Shown: piece by piece, positions 9,638 through 19,100 of the stretch | How positions within the stretch are numbered: position 1 is the first letter of the stretch | Layout of the letters: each line of letters starts with the position of its first letter | DNA from: Rikenellaceae bacterium | Lineage (GTDB): Bacteria > Bacteroidota > Bacteroidia > Bacteroidales > UBA932 | Direction of reading: 5' to 3' | DNA: 64,000 nt | NCBI GenBank assembly: GCA_034928745.1 | Contig: JAYFOS010000018.1 | Coordinates: forward strand, 2,103 to 66,102 | The notes under the pieces: model-generated | Database searches by the model: none | Told to the model about the DNA's origin: nothing | Seen by the model: only the letters and a program-made list of their open reading frames with translations | Program-made: the position numbers and the translations under genes

Positions 9638-10393
9638 ATGAAGAGGATATTACTGATTATTACAACGGCACTTATTTATCTGTCTGCACATGCACAGTCT
9701 CCAAAAGAGATATGGACAGAGGCAAATAATAATTACTCACAGGCAAATTATCAGGCTGCTCTTGATGGATTCATGAAAATTGAAAAGTCAGGGTATGTCT
9801 CTTCGGCACTGTTTTATAATATTGGCAACACCTATTTCAAGATGAAGGAGGTGGGGAAATCTATCCTCTATTATGAGCGGGCATTGAAGCTCAATCCCTC
9901 TGACAAGGATGTAATTAATAACCTTCAGCTGGCACGAGAATTCTCATTGGACAAGATTGAGGAGATTCCTGACTTTATACTGAAGACATGGTTTAAGGAT
10001 ATTAACTACTCTTTATCATCGGATGCCTGGGCCTATTTGTCAATAGTTTCAATAGCAATATTGGCGTTATTGCTCCTATTATTCCGTTACGGACCTACGC
10101 CTAAAGCGAGGAAAAGCTCTTTCTTCGGTGCAATGGCTTTTGTCTTACTCATTTTCTTTTCTGTATTTTTCTCATGGAGCCAGAAACATGGTTATTATAA
10201 GAAAGATACGGCAATAGTCATGAAGCCTGTAAGTACTGTAAAGAGTTCTCCCGACAATTCAGGCAATACACTTTTTATCCTACACGAAGGAACTAAGGTC
10301 TCTATGATAGAGGAGATAGGTCAGTGGAAAAGGGTTGAACTAACGGATGGAAGACAAGGGTGGGTCAATTCACTTGATATTGAGGTCATATAG
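9638..10393 (+). CDS. batE: BatE, TPR + C-terminal SH3b domain protein
   Basis: Signal peptide, TPR motif (YNIGNTYFKMKEVGKSILYYERALKLNP), TM helices and an SH3b-like tail (GQWKRVELTDGRQGWVNS). Confidence 0.75.
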   Translation: MKRILLIITTALIYLSAHAQSPKEIWTEANNNYSQANYQAALDGFMKIEKSGYVSSALFYNIGNTYFKMKEVGKSILYYERALKLNPSDKDVINNLQLAREFSLDKIEEIPDFILKTWFKDINYSLSSDAWAYLSIVSIAILALLLLLFRYGPTPKARKSSFFGAMAFVLLIFFSVFFSWSQKHGYYKKDTAIVMKPVSTVKSSPDNSGNTLFILHEGTKVSMIEEIGQWKRVELTDGRQGWVNSLDIEVI

Positions 10394-11941
10394 TCCCTCC
10401 CTCGAGAGGAGATGATCAAGATTTGCAAGGTTATACAAAACAATTGCAGTAACTACAGATGTGTGGTTCATATATTCAGGGATACTTATATTGTAAGTAT
10501 CCCTTTCAGTATGCCAAATTTCATAGTAATTGAAGTCATATCCTTTCGGGTCGCTGTTGTCAAAGCTAATTGTAGGTACGCCATTCATGGCAAAGTAGGC
10601 GTGATCCGACCCTCCGGCAATCTTTGGCAAAGGTTGAGGTTTACCGCTGCGTCTTTTAAGTAAGAAAGGAAAATCAGAATTAATGGAATTTAGTGGTTCG
10701 CATATCTTTTCAAAATCATTGTACATTGCGTCTGGTACAGTTATACCACTAGTTACGGTAGGTCCTCCGTCTCTGTTGAAATAGTTGCTTATGTTCTTTA
10801 ATTTATCCTTATTTGTCCTAACCCAGAATTCCGAACCCCATAATCCGAACTCTTCTCCCGCCCATAAGCAGAAAACTATTGATCTCTGAGGTTTTGCTCC
10901 TGAGAGTGTAATGAGGCGGGCTGCTTCAAGAGTAGGTGCAACGCCTGAGCCGCAATCAATGGCTCCTGTAGCAACATCGTAAGAATCAAGATGACCACCG
11001 CACATGACGTATTCATCGGGAAACTTACTTCCTTTTATTATTCCTATGACATTATGAATTACCACCGGCCCAGGTTTGAAATGATTCCTGATGTCAAATT
11101 CGAGTTGGAAATATCTTCTCTCTTTAACCATCTTGAGAATTATGTTGTATTGATCCTCCTCTAACTTAATGTCAGGGCAAGTAGGCAGAGAATCAAAACT
11201 CATGTAAAAGAGATTTTTTCTATCATAAAGAGCCCTTAAAGGCACCTTTGCCGATTGTATCAATCCAAGAATACCGGCCTCTCTCATCTCTTTGTAAAAC
11301 AAAGCCGGAGACTCTTTGATCGGCTTGATATTCTTTGCCTCTTTTCCCTGGTGGTCAAGATTCCATTTTCTTATCGAATCATTATATTTTGAAATAGCCT
11401 CATTCTCTTTTATAATTCTTAACCTTGCCTCATCTGCAAATGGGGAATAATCTATCGGAAAACCGTCACTTTCTCCGGTGATCAACACCCATGCGCCTTT
11501 TAACTTTCCCTTCATCCTTTCAAATTCGCCTCGCGTTTTTGGCTCAAGTACTACATGTCCTCTTTGTACACCTTTAGTTCCGGCCGTATATGAAGGCGTT
11601 ACGAAATGCAACATGAACCCGTTCTCACTTAACATACGCCCAAACCATGGGCCTCTGTTGAAACCTACAGGCAGAGTGTCAACTGCCTGCAAAGAAACTT
11701 CAAGTCCCCATTTTTGAAATAACCCGGCAGCCCAGTTTGTTGCATTCTCATAAGCATCCGAACCGACAAGTCGTCCCCCTATTCTGTTGGAAAGAATATC
11801 CAGATGGTTCATAGTCCTGTTGTTTATTCTTCCTTCCTCTATAATACGCGATACAACAGAGTCAGTTTGTGACAATGCTATATTTGTCTCGAATTGAAGG
11901 CAAAGCAGTAGAAGTGTAAAAAGGGGAATTTTCTTGATCAT
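10370..11941 (-). CDS. M28-family secreted aminopeptidase (with PA-like insert)
   Basis: Signal peptide. Zinc-ligand motifs GGHLDSYDVATGAIDCGSG and WAGEEFGLWGS are typical of M28. Confidence 0.8.
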   Translation of the reverse strand: MIKKIPLFTLLLLCLQFETNIALSQTDSVVSRIIEEGRINNRTMNHLDILSNRIGGRLVGSDAYENATNWAAGLFQKWGLEVSLQAVDTLPVGFNRGPWFGRMLSENGFMLHFVTPSYTAGTKGVQRGHVVLEPKTRGEFERMKGKLKGAWVLITGESDGFPIDYSPFADEARLRIIKENEAISKYNDSIRKWNLDHQGKEAKNIKPIKESPALFYKEMREAGILGLIQSAKVPLRALYDRKNLFYMSFDSLPTCPDIKLEEDQYNIILKMVKERRYFQLEFDIRNHFKPGPVVIHNVIGIIKGSKFPDEYVMCGGHLDSYDVATGAIDCGSGVAPTLEAARLITLSGAKPQRSIVFCLWAGEEFGLWGSEFWVRTNKDKLKNISNYFNRDGGPTVTSGITVPDAMYNDFEKICEPLNSINSDFPFLLKRRSGKPQPLPKIAGGSDHAYFAMNGVPTISFDNSDPKGYDFNYYEIWHTERDTYNISIPEYMNHTSVVTAIVLYNLANLDHLLSREGLYDLNIK

Positions 11942-13293
11942 AGAGGTTTTTTGTCTTTGTATACGCCGTAATTCTTAGCATCTTCATCAACTTTTATCCT
12001 TGTGCCAGACTGTAGTGGTATTGTTGTTGATTTGGCAGCGGGAATCTCCGGCCAGGCACCTGTTGATATATATGTTAAAGCAGATTGTAACCAATCCTCT
12101 TCCAACCCGAAATCATGATAGAGGTCGTCCGGTCTTTGATGATCAGGAACAAGACCATCTTCATAATCACCCTGTCCTAAACTATTAACACTATAGAACG
12201 CTATCGGAAGGAATACAAAATCAGGGTAAATCTCTTCATCTTCAGGATAGAACCAAACATACATGCCGTTTGGTTTGCCATATGTTGTCCTTCCGATTTG
12301 CAGGACATTCATTAGTGGCCGAAATCCATTGATTATTACTTCACTTGCTGAAGCAGTGCCACCTCCTGTTAAAATTATCAACCTGTCCAGATCCAGTGAG
12401 TTGTTTACTCTACTGACAATAGTCATGGTACTTGTCTGAGAGTCGTATGATGAAAGTTTGTCATTGTGTTTACGACGAGCAACAACCTTACCGTTGGCAC
12501 TAGCCGGGGCAATGTAGTTGGAAAGCAATTGTGTGGCAGCTCCGTCTCCGCCGCCATTGTACCTGAGGTCAAGTATCAGCTCTCTTACGTTTGCAGATTT
12601 GAATACTGCCATAGCTGTCTCAATATCTGAAAGCATGCCTGCCTTAAATGCATAGTAGTTGAAATATGCGACAGGGTAAGGTAATCCGGGGAAATCCGCA
12701 GATGTAATGACCATACTCTTCAGCACAGATCTGGTGCTTACCTCCCTGGCATTTGCCGTGAATGTATATGAGATCCCGTCATATTTTCTGAAAGTAAAAG
12801 AATTTGTACTATTGTTAATCAAGGTGTTGAAGGTCCCGTTGCGTATCAGATCAGCAACAGGAGTCCCGTTCAGATGTGTCAACTCATATCCTCTTTTTAC
12901 CCCTTTTTCTGACATAGGAGAATTATCAAATACGTATCTCACCCTGACACTATAATCGTTGTAATGATCGATAGGCTGGGCATAACTTGCTCCATAAGTA
13001 AGATAAACTCCTGTCTCTGAATCAGTGTACTCCTCGCCTGACATCATCCATGACCATCTGTCTTTTGTTACCAATAAAGTATCAAAGTATTCATAGAGGG
13101 AAGATATTGGATCAGGATCGATATTCACTGGGATTTCTTTATACCAGTAATAAACGTCATTCATAAGAGAGTACAGATAACTTTTTTCAACACTCAACTC
13201 ATCGCGATTCACCTTGTCGCAAGATGTTAATATAAATGGGAAAATGATAAGAATTGCCGAAAAAAGCAGAATTTTCTTTATTAAAGTTGCCAT
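11938..13293 (-). CDS. S41-family peptidase lipoprotein
   Basis: Lipobox ILTSC. LILDLRYNGGGD and GGGTASASEVIING motifs (Ser nucleophile region) are typical of S41 tail-specific-protease-like enzymes. Its stop overlaps the M28 start (ATGA at 11938-11941). Confidence 0.75.
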   Translation of the reverse strand: MATLIKKILLFSAILIIFPFILTSCDKVNRDELSVEKSYLYSLMNDVYYWYKEIPVNIDPDPISSLYEYFDTLLVTKDRWSWMMSGEEYTDSETGVYLTYGASYAQPIDHYNDYSVRVRYVFDNSPMSEKGVKRGYELTHLNGTPVADLIRNGTFNTLINNSTNSFTFRKYDGISYTFTANAREVSTRSVLKSMVITSADFPGLPYPVAYFNYYAFKAGMLSDIETAMAVFKSANVRELILDLRYNGGGDGAATQLLSNYIAPASANGKVVARRKHNDKLSSYDSQTSTMTIVSRVNNSLDLDRLIILTGGGTASASEVIINGFRPLMNVLQIGRTTYGKPNGMYVWFYPEDEEIYPDFVFLPIAFYSVNSLGQGDYEDGLVPDHQRPDDLYHDFGLEEDWLQSALTYISTGAWPEIPAAKSTTIPLQSGTRIKVDEDAKNYGVYKDKKPL

Positions 13294-13377
13294 TATTTGA
13301 TACGATTTGGGTAATAAAGGTAAACAAATTAAATTTATTGGTGTTTTATATAAAAAGCAAATACAAAATTAAATATT

Positions 13378-13908
13378 ATGAAAGAATTGGCATCAATTGA
13401 GACAAAAAATATATTTACATCCAAAGGCATCCCCCTTACACTTATTGGCAAACAGATAGAAGTTGGTGATGAAGCTCCTGAAATAGTTGCTACAGATATC
13501 TCAATGAAGGAGGTAAAACTCTCTGATTACAACGGAAAAGTTGTTGTTATCAGCGTCTTTCCGTCAATCGACACAGGTGTTTGTGCTACACAGACCAGAA
13601 CATTCAACAAAAAGGCAACCACACTTTCAGATGATGTTGTAATACTAACAATCTCAAAGGATCTTCCTTTTGCTTTAGGCCGTTTCTGTGCAGCAGAAGG
13701 AATAACAAATATATTCCCGTTGTCAGATTATAAACAATCTAAATTTGGCTTGGAGTATGGGTTTCTGATCAAGGAGAACCAACTTCTTGCAAGAGGAGTT
13801 GTTGTTGTAGACAAGAGTGGAAAAGTCCGTTATAAAGAGATAACAAAGGATATAGTTATTGAGCCTGACTATGATAAAGCGATTGAGGCGGTAAAGAAAC
13901 TGCTGTAA
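13378..13908 (+). CDS. tpx: Thiol peroxidase (atypical 2-Cys peroxiredoxin) Tpx
   Basis: FPSIDTGVCATQ peroxidatic-Cys motif and the downstream resolving Cys (GRFCAAEG). 176 aa. Confidence 0.9.
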   Translation: MKELASIETKNIFTSKGIPLTLIGKQIEVGDEAPEIVATDISMKEVKLSDYNGKVVVISVFPSIDTGVCATQTRTFNKKATTLSDDVVILTISKDLPFALGRFCAAEGITNIFPLSDYKQSKFGLEYGFLIKENQLLARGVVVVDKSGKVRYKEITKDIVIEPDYDKAIEAVKKLL

Positions 13909-14316
13909 TTAATAATTGTCCGGTCGGGTCTTTTTCATTGCAATATGAATCGTAACTCCGACTCCTACACCCGTAAGGATTAATTTGAGCCAGAGAGAAG
14001 AGGCAATAAATATAATTGATAGAATCAGCGTAAACCATAACATTGTTATGGTTTTTGCTTTTTGTCTGAGCGGCATCCCTCTTTTTGAATAGTAGTCCCT
14101 GATGTATGGTCCGAGATAAGGATTCCGGACCAACCAGTAAAATTTTTCAGGGGAAGAGTTCATATAAAAATATCCAGCAAGAAGCAAAAAAGGTGTCGTG
14201 GGTAATACTGGAAGAAAGATTCCTATTGTTCCACAAACTACACAAACTGATGCTATAATTATATAAACCGATTTCTTCACTTGGTGTGAAATTTCTTTAT
14301 ATTTGCAAATATACAC
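13909..14316 (-). CDS. DUF454 / YbaN-family inner membrane protein
   Basis: GIFLPVLPTTPFLLLAGYFY motif typical of YbaN. About 4 TM segments in 135 aa. Confidence 0.75.
   Translation of the reverse strand: MYICKYKEISHQVKKSVYIIIASVCVVCGTIGIFLPVLPTTPFLLLAGYFYMNSSPEKFYWLVRNPYLGPYIRDYYSKRGMPLRQKAKTITMLWFTLILSIIFIASSLWLKLILTGVGVGVTIHIAMKKTRPDNY
14298..14305 (+). promoter_or_regulatory. Candidate -7 promoter box (TATATTTG) for the alanine:cation symporter gene
   Basis: Exact TAnnTTTG, 20 nt upstream of the ATG at 14325. It lies inside the GTG-extended ORF, which argues for the ATG start. Confidence 0.35.
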
Positions 14317-14324
14317 TTAAAACT

Positions 14325-15713
14325 ATGAATTCTTTTGCTTCTGTTGTGGAAGGCATAAGTGCCTTTCTGTGGGGTTGGCCTATGATTGTACTTCTTTTAG
14401 GCACACACATCTACCTTACTATTGTACTTAAATTCCCTCAAAGAAAAATTTTCACGGGAATAAGACTGTCGGTTACAAAAGATAAAGGGGCAAATGGAGA
14501 TGTCAGCCAATTTGGTGCGTTGGCTACTGCACTTGCTGCAACAATAGGAACGGGGAATATTGTGGGAGTTGCTACAGCTGTTGCTTTAGGTGGTCCGGGA
14601 GCAGTGTTATGGTGTTGGCTTACAGGGGTATTTGGGATAGCTACAAAGTATTCTGAAGGCTTGCTGGCCATAAAATACAGGGTCAGGACTTCGGACGGAA
14701 CTATGCTGGGAGGCCCTATGTATGCTCTTGAGAGGGGGCTCAACATGAAGTGGCTCGGTATTTTGTTCTGTATTTTTACTGCTGTTGCTGCATTTGGAAT
14801 AGGAAACACCGTTCAGGCAAATTCAATCTCAATGCTTATTAATGAAACATATTCTGTTTCAAAATATATAACAGGTATAGTAATTGCTCTACTTACTGCT
14901 TTAGTTATACTTTTTGGAGTAAAGGGCATTGCTAAGGTTTGCGGGGCGTTGGTCCCTTTCATGGCCTTCTTTTATATTATAGGTTGTGTTTATATTCTGG
15001 TCATGAATTATAACTTCCTTGGAGAAACAATAAGGATAATTTTTGAGTCAGCCTTTAGTGCGAAAGCTGCCGGGGCAGGTTTTTTGGGTACAACCGTCAT
15101 GATGGCTGCAAGATACGGAATCGCAAGGGGGTTGTTTTCAAATGAATCTGGACTTGGCTCTGCGCCATTAGTTGCCGCTGCCGCTCAGACAAGAAACCCT
15201 GTACGACAGGCACTTGTCTCTTCAACAGGCACTTTCTGGGATACTGTAGTAATTTGTGCCTTGACAGGTTTAGTTGTAGTAAGTTCTGTCCTTGCATTTC
15301 CAGATATAGATCATAATAATGGAGCAGCATTGACAAAGGCTGCATTTTCTAAAATTCCTTTTGGCTCACTCATCCTCTCTGTCGGCATTGTAGCATTTGC
15401 GTTCAGTACAATACTGGGATGGAGTTACTATGGAGAGAAAGCTGTGGAATACCTCGGAGGGAAAAAATTCATTGTATGGTACAGGGTGGCATGGATCATT
15501 GCTGTATTTGTAGGATCTGTAGCCAATCTTTCACTTATCTGGAATATTGCGGACAGTATGAATGCTCTTATGGCCATTCCTAACCTGATAGCGTTATTGC
15601 TTCTCTCTAAGGTTATAGCTAAAGAGACAAACAAATACTTGTGGTCCAAAAAGCTTGATGAGAATTCAAAAGAAGAGATCCCTCTGATAACAAAGGGATC
15701 CTCGGTGATTTAA
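14325..15713 (+). CDS. Alanine/glycine:cation symporter (AGCS family)
   Basis: Polytopic membrane protein with GTGNIVGVATA and SNESGLGSAP motifs typical of sodium:alanine symporters. The track start 14286 is a GTG; I prefer the ATG at 14325 (MNSFASVVEG). Confidence 0.9.
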   Translation: MNSFASVVEGISAFLWGWPMIVLLLGTHIYLTIVLKFPQRKIFTGIRLSVTKDKGANGDVSQFGALATALAATIGTGNIVGVATAVALGGPGAVLWCWLTGVFGIATKYSEGLLAIKYRVRTSDGTMLGGPMYALERGLNMKWLGILFCIFTAVAAFGIGNTVQANSISMLINETYSVSKYITGIVIALLTALVILFGVKGIAKVCGALVPFMAFFYIIGCVYILVMNYNFLGETIRIIFESAFSAKAAGAGFLGTTVMMAARYGIARGLFSNESGLGSAPLVAAAAQTRNPVRQALVSSTGTFWDTVVICALTGLVVVSSVLAFPDIDHNNGAALTKAAFSKIPFGSLILSVGIVAFAFSTILGWSYYGEKAVEYLGGKKFIVWYRVAWIIAVFVGSVANLSLIWNIADSMNALMAIPNLIALLLLSKVIAKETNKYLWSKKLDENSKEEIPLITKGSSVI

Positions 15714-15732
15714 AAACAATATCCGGATCCGG

Positions 15733-17769
15733 TTAGTTTACTACAGGCAGAAAACTATATTTCTTGCCATAGTCTCTCATTTGTTGCAGAAAATCCTTAG
15801 GATACTCTACTTTATAGTCAATAACCTTACCATCTTTCTCGACAGGGATGATGTCAGGGTTGATAAATCCTCCGTACGGCTTGAGATTTAAAGATGCATA
15901 TCTCTCTTTGAGCTCTTTATGCAGCTGAGGATCTATGTTTATTCCATAGGTTGTTACAAGTTTTTTACCGGCTTCATAGTCTCCCTCGGATTTTATTCTC
16001 TGCAGCTCTTTAAGCAGTTCGCCAAAGAGAACCCTTAATTTTGCATAATCGTTTATTACGAAATATGTCTTCCCGTCACGAATTCTTTTTTCAATGACAT
16101 TGTCAGCTTTCCCTTTCTCGAAGCACCACTCTGAGATCATCTTTCTGCCCTGCATATGAGCCTGAGTTACACTCTTTCCAAGGTCTATGCGTACAAATTG
16201 AGTGAATATGCCATTCCTTATATAATTAATATATTCAGCTTTATAGGCTGAGTCATTTGGAGTAATACCAAGTTCAACAAGTTTTGGATCTGCAAGATAA
16301 TACAGTGCAAAAAGATCTGCTCTGGACTCTTCAAGTGTTGAACTGTAATCTTTCAGCGCATTTGGAGATGTTCCTTCACGTAATTGCCCCGAGCCATGGC
16401 CGAGACATTCGTGAAGATCGGTGTGAAGATTCCCGGTCAGGCTTCCGTATTGTTTGATAAGCTGTACCTCAGATTCATCCCATGAAAACTCCCCGCTCAT
16501 TGTTTTTGGAGATTCTTCTGCGGCTTTTTCATATGCATCAGTAATGTTTGCTATTGTTACAGACTTAGAACCATGTTCCTTTCTAATCCAATCAGCATTC
16601 GGAAGATTTATTCCAAGCGGAGATACCGGGTGACAATCCCCTCCTAGTTGTACTGCATTGATTACTTTGGCAGATACGCCTTTAACCTCTTTTTTCCTGT
16701 ATTTAGGGTCAATAGGGGAGTTGTCCTCGAACCATTGTGCATTTTCACTTATTATCTGAGTTCTTTTTGATGCTTCAAGATCTTTTATATTTACCATGCC
16801 TTCCCACGTTGCCTTTAGTCCGATAGGATCATTGTAATTTTCTATGAAACCATTGATGAAGTCAACCTGAGATCCGATTTCCTTAACCCATGCGATATTA
16901 TAGTCATCCCAGATTTTAAGATCTCCGCTCCGGTAGTAATCACAAAGAAGTTTTATATACTCTTTTTGCTTGTCGTTTTCAGCAACAGCGGCAGCTTTTT
17001 CCAGATGATATATTATCTTTTCTATTGCGGGACCGTATAAGCCGCCTGCTTTATAAACCATCTCCTCAACTTTTCCGTTTTGTTTAACTAGTTTTGAGTT
17101 AAGGCCGTAAGAGAGGGGCTTAGGGTCGTTTGGATTTTCCATTTTTGCATAGAAAGACTCTGCCTCTTTGGCTGTAACCCCGTCGTAGAAGTTAACGGCA
17201 CTGCCTGTAATCAGGTCTCCTTTTCCTGTAATGTTCTTTCTGTAGGGAGCAACTGATGGATCGAAGATGATTGGTAATATTTCTTCTTTAAGAGAGTCGA
17301 GCCCGCTTTTTGACATCAGGTCAGCAAAAAACTCTTTTGAACAACCAGGGATAATTTTCTCCTCGGCATAGTGGTGATGAATACCGTTGCTGAAGAAGAC
17401 CCTCTTTGCATATATAGTGAATTCATTGTATTCCTTACTCTCCTTTTCGCCATTATAATTGTCCAGAATTTGTTCCAGCACCTTCCTGACCTTCAACCCA
17501 TACTTTGAGTTCTGATCCCAGAATATGTCACGTCCGCACTTGACTGCCTCACTTAAATGGTAGATATACTCCTTTTGTTGAAGGGTTAGAGAATCCCATC
17601 CGGGAATTTGAAAACGGATGACTTTTATATCGGCAAATTCATCTGCCAGATATTTAAATGGCTCCTGGGTTTTTTCAGGAGTCCCCTGTTTACATGAGCA
17701 CAATGAAAGCCCTGTAATTGTTGCAATAAGCATAATTTTAACGCAATTCATAATTCTAAATTTAGACAA
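15733..17769 (-). CDS. Dipeptidyl-peptidase III (M49 family), lipoprotein/secreted
   Basis: HECLGH (HExxGH) plus EESRAD, the two zinc-binding motifs of family M49. Signal/lipobox LSLCSC. 678 aa. Confidence 0.85.
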   Translation of the reverse strand: MSKFRIMNCVKIMLIATITGLSLCSCKQGTPEKTQEPFKYLADEFADIKVIRFQIPGWDSLTLQQKEYIYHLSEAVKCGRDIFWDQNSKYGLKVRKVLEQILDNYNGEKESKEYNEFTIYAKRVFFSNGIHHHYAEEKIIPGCSKEFFADLMSKSGLDSLKEEILPIIFDPSVAPYRKNITGKGDLITGSAVNFYDGVTAKEAESFYAKMENPNDPKPLSYGLNSKLVKQNGKVEEMVYKAGGLYGPAIEKIIYHLEKAAAVAENDKQKEYIKLLCDYYRSGDLKIWDDYNIAWVKEIGSQVDFINGFIENYNDPIGLKATWEGMVNIKDLEASKRTQIISENAQWFEDNSPIDPKYRKKEVKGVSAKVINAVQLGGDCHPVSPLGINLPNADWIRKEHGSKSVTIANITDAYEKAAEESPKTMSGEFSWDESEVQLIKQYGSLTGNLHTDLHECLGHGSGQLREGTSPNALKDYSSTLEESRADLFALYYLADPKLVELGITPNDSAYKAEYINYIRNGIFTQFVRIDLGKSVTQAHMQGRKMISEWCFEKGKADNVIEKRIRDGKTYFVINDYAKLRVLFGELLKELQRIKSEGDYEAGKKLVTTYGINIDPQLHKELKERYASLNLKPYGGFINPDIIPVEKDGKVIDYKVEYPKDFLQQMRDYGKKYSFLPVVN

Positions 17770-17796
17770 ATATAGCTCTTTGTGGCAGAAAAAGAT

Positions 17797-17804
17797 TAAT
17801 TTTG
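17797..17804 (+). promoter_or_regulatory. Candidate -7 promoter box (TAATTTTG) for the C11 peptidase gene
   Basis: Exact TAnnTTTG, 14 nt upstream of the ATG at 17818. A second in-frame ATG at 17827 is also possible. Confidence 0.3.
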
Positions 17805-17817
17805 ATTCTTAATACTA

Positions 17818-18981
17818 ATGAATATAATGAAGCGGTCGTTATTTGGATTTACCATATTAGCCATACTTTTCCTCCACTCCTGTTCAATAAATGATTCACC
17901 CGATTCCGGTTACAATAGAGTAGTGATTGTTTATCTTGCGGCGAACAACAACCTAAGTTCTTATGCAGAAAACAATATAAAGAGCCTTTCTGAGGGCTAT
18001 CTTCCTGATGAGGAAAGCAAAGACATACTTCTTGTCTATTCTCATACAGAGAAAAGTGTACCGGTATTGCTAAGAATGTATAAGGATAAATCCGGATCTG
18101 TCAAGCAAGATGTTGTATCCAATTACACAGATCAGAACTCTACGACATCTCAGGTGCTTGAGTCTGTACTTGACAAAGTCGGGGTTATATTTCCGGCCAA
18201 GGAGTACGGTCTGATATTATGGTCACACGGTACAGGATGGCTGCCGGAAGATTATTATGAAAATTCAACTCAGTATGGAGTTCAATTTCCGGATCCTTAC
18301 GCGCACATAGTTAAAAGTTTCGGTTATGAGGATGGTGTGGAGATGGATATAAAAGATCTTAGCAGTGCTATACCATACCACCTTTCATTCATTATTTTTG
18401 ATTGTTGTCTTATGGGGGGAATTGAAGTTGCGTACGAATTTAAGGATAAGTGCGACTATATTGTAGCCTCCCCGACAGAGATTCTTGCAACCGGATTTCC
18501 ATATGACAGAGTCATAGAGCCCTTGTTTGAGAGTCAGGCAGACCTAGAAGAGGTTTGTCAGATATATTATGATTTTTATAACTCTCAGAGCGGAGTATAC
18601 AAATCAGGTACTATTGCATTATACAACACAGTAAAGCTTGATGCTCTGGCTGCTGTAAGCCGGACGATTTTCTCGGCTCATAGAGATAAATTAGCAAGCA
18701 TCTCTACAAAAAACATTCAGGGATATTTCAGGTTAAACAAGCATTGGTTTTATGACCTGGCCGATTATGTATCGCAATTTGCATCTCAGGATGAGCTCGT
18801 TCTTTTCAACAACGCACTCACTGACGTTGTAACTGAGAAATATTCCACACCTACATTTCTAGATTTAACTATCTCCCGGTATTCAGGTATAAGCACATAT
18901 GTGCCAAGTAACGGCAGTACTTTTCTTGATGATTACTATAAAGACTATAAGTGGAATATAGCCACTCAGATGATAAAGTGA
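17818..18981 (+). CDS. Clostripain-related C11-family cysteine peptidase, lipoprotein
   Basis: VVIVYLAANNNL start of the domain, catalytic His in LWSHGTGW and catalytic Cys in FDCCLMGG. Lipobox LHSC. Confidence 0.8.
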   Translation: MNIMKRSLFGFTILAILFLHSCSINDSPDSGYNRVVIVYLAANNNLSSYAENNIKSLSEGYLPDEESKDILLVYSHTEKSVPVLLRMYKDKSGSVKQDVVSNYTDQNSTTSQVLESVLDKVGVIFPAKEYGLILWSHGTGWLPEDYYENSTQYGVQFPDPYAHIVKSFGYEDGVEMDIKDLSSAIPYHLSFIIFDCCLMGGIEVAYEFKDKCDYIVASPTEILATGFPYDRVIEPLFESQADLEEVCQIYYDFYNSQSGVYKSGTIALYNTVKLDALAAVSRTIFSAHRDKLASISTKNIQGYFRLNKHWFYDLADYVSQFASQDELVLFNNALTDVVTEKYSTPTFLDLTISRYSGISTYVPSNGSTFLDDYYKDYKWNIATQMIK

Positions 18982-19010
18982 CAAATAGTTGCTGTCAGTT
19001 AGAAATTTTG

Positions 19011-19018
19011 TATATTTG
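19011..19018 (+). promoter_or_regulatory. Candidate -7 promoter box (TATATTTG) for rplY-pth-hslR
   Basis: Exact TAnnTTTG, 83 nt upstream of the rplY ATG. Confidence 0.35.
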
Positions 19019-19055
19019 CGCTCTCTAAAAAAGGAAACTTTTTTGGTGCAATGGG

Positions 19056-19074
19056 ATCCGGACCTTTTCCGGAT
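19056..19074 (+). promoter_or_regulatory. Small hairpin in the rplY 5' leader
   Basis: ATCCGG (19056-19061) pairs with CCGGAT (19069-19074) around a 7-nt loop. Located between the promoter motif and the rplY ATG. Confidence 0.3.
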
Positions 19075-19100
19075 TGAGTAACACATTTTAATTTTTTATT

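Noticed and set aside
14286-14324. Upstream extensions from non-ATG starts in the track (GTG 14286, TTG 20251, TTG 27892, TTG 36880, ATG 45720, TTG 62491)
   Set aside because: In each case a downstream ATG gives a canonical N-terminus (signal peptide, P-loop spacing or an ATGA coupling). The extension would overlap the preceding gene or contain the promoter motif.
15723-15732. Perfect 10-bp palindrome CCGGATCCGG in the 19-nt gap between the convergent symporter and DPP III genes, considered as a bidirectional terminator
   Set aside because: There is no loop and no flanking T/A tracts, and it is too short to form a stable hairpin. It may still be a protein site, but I cannot support any call.
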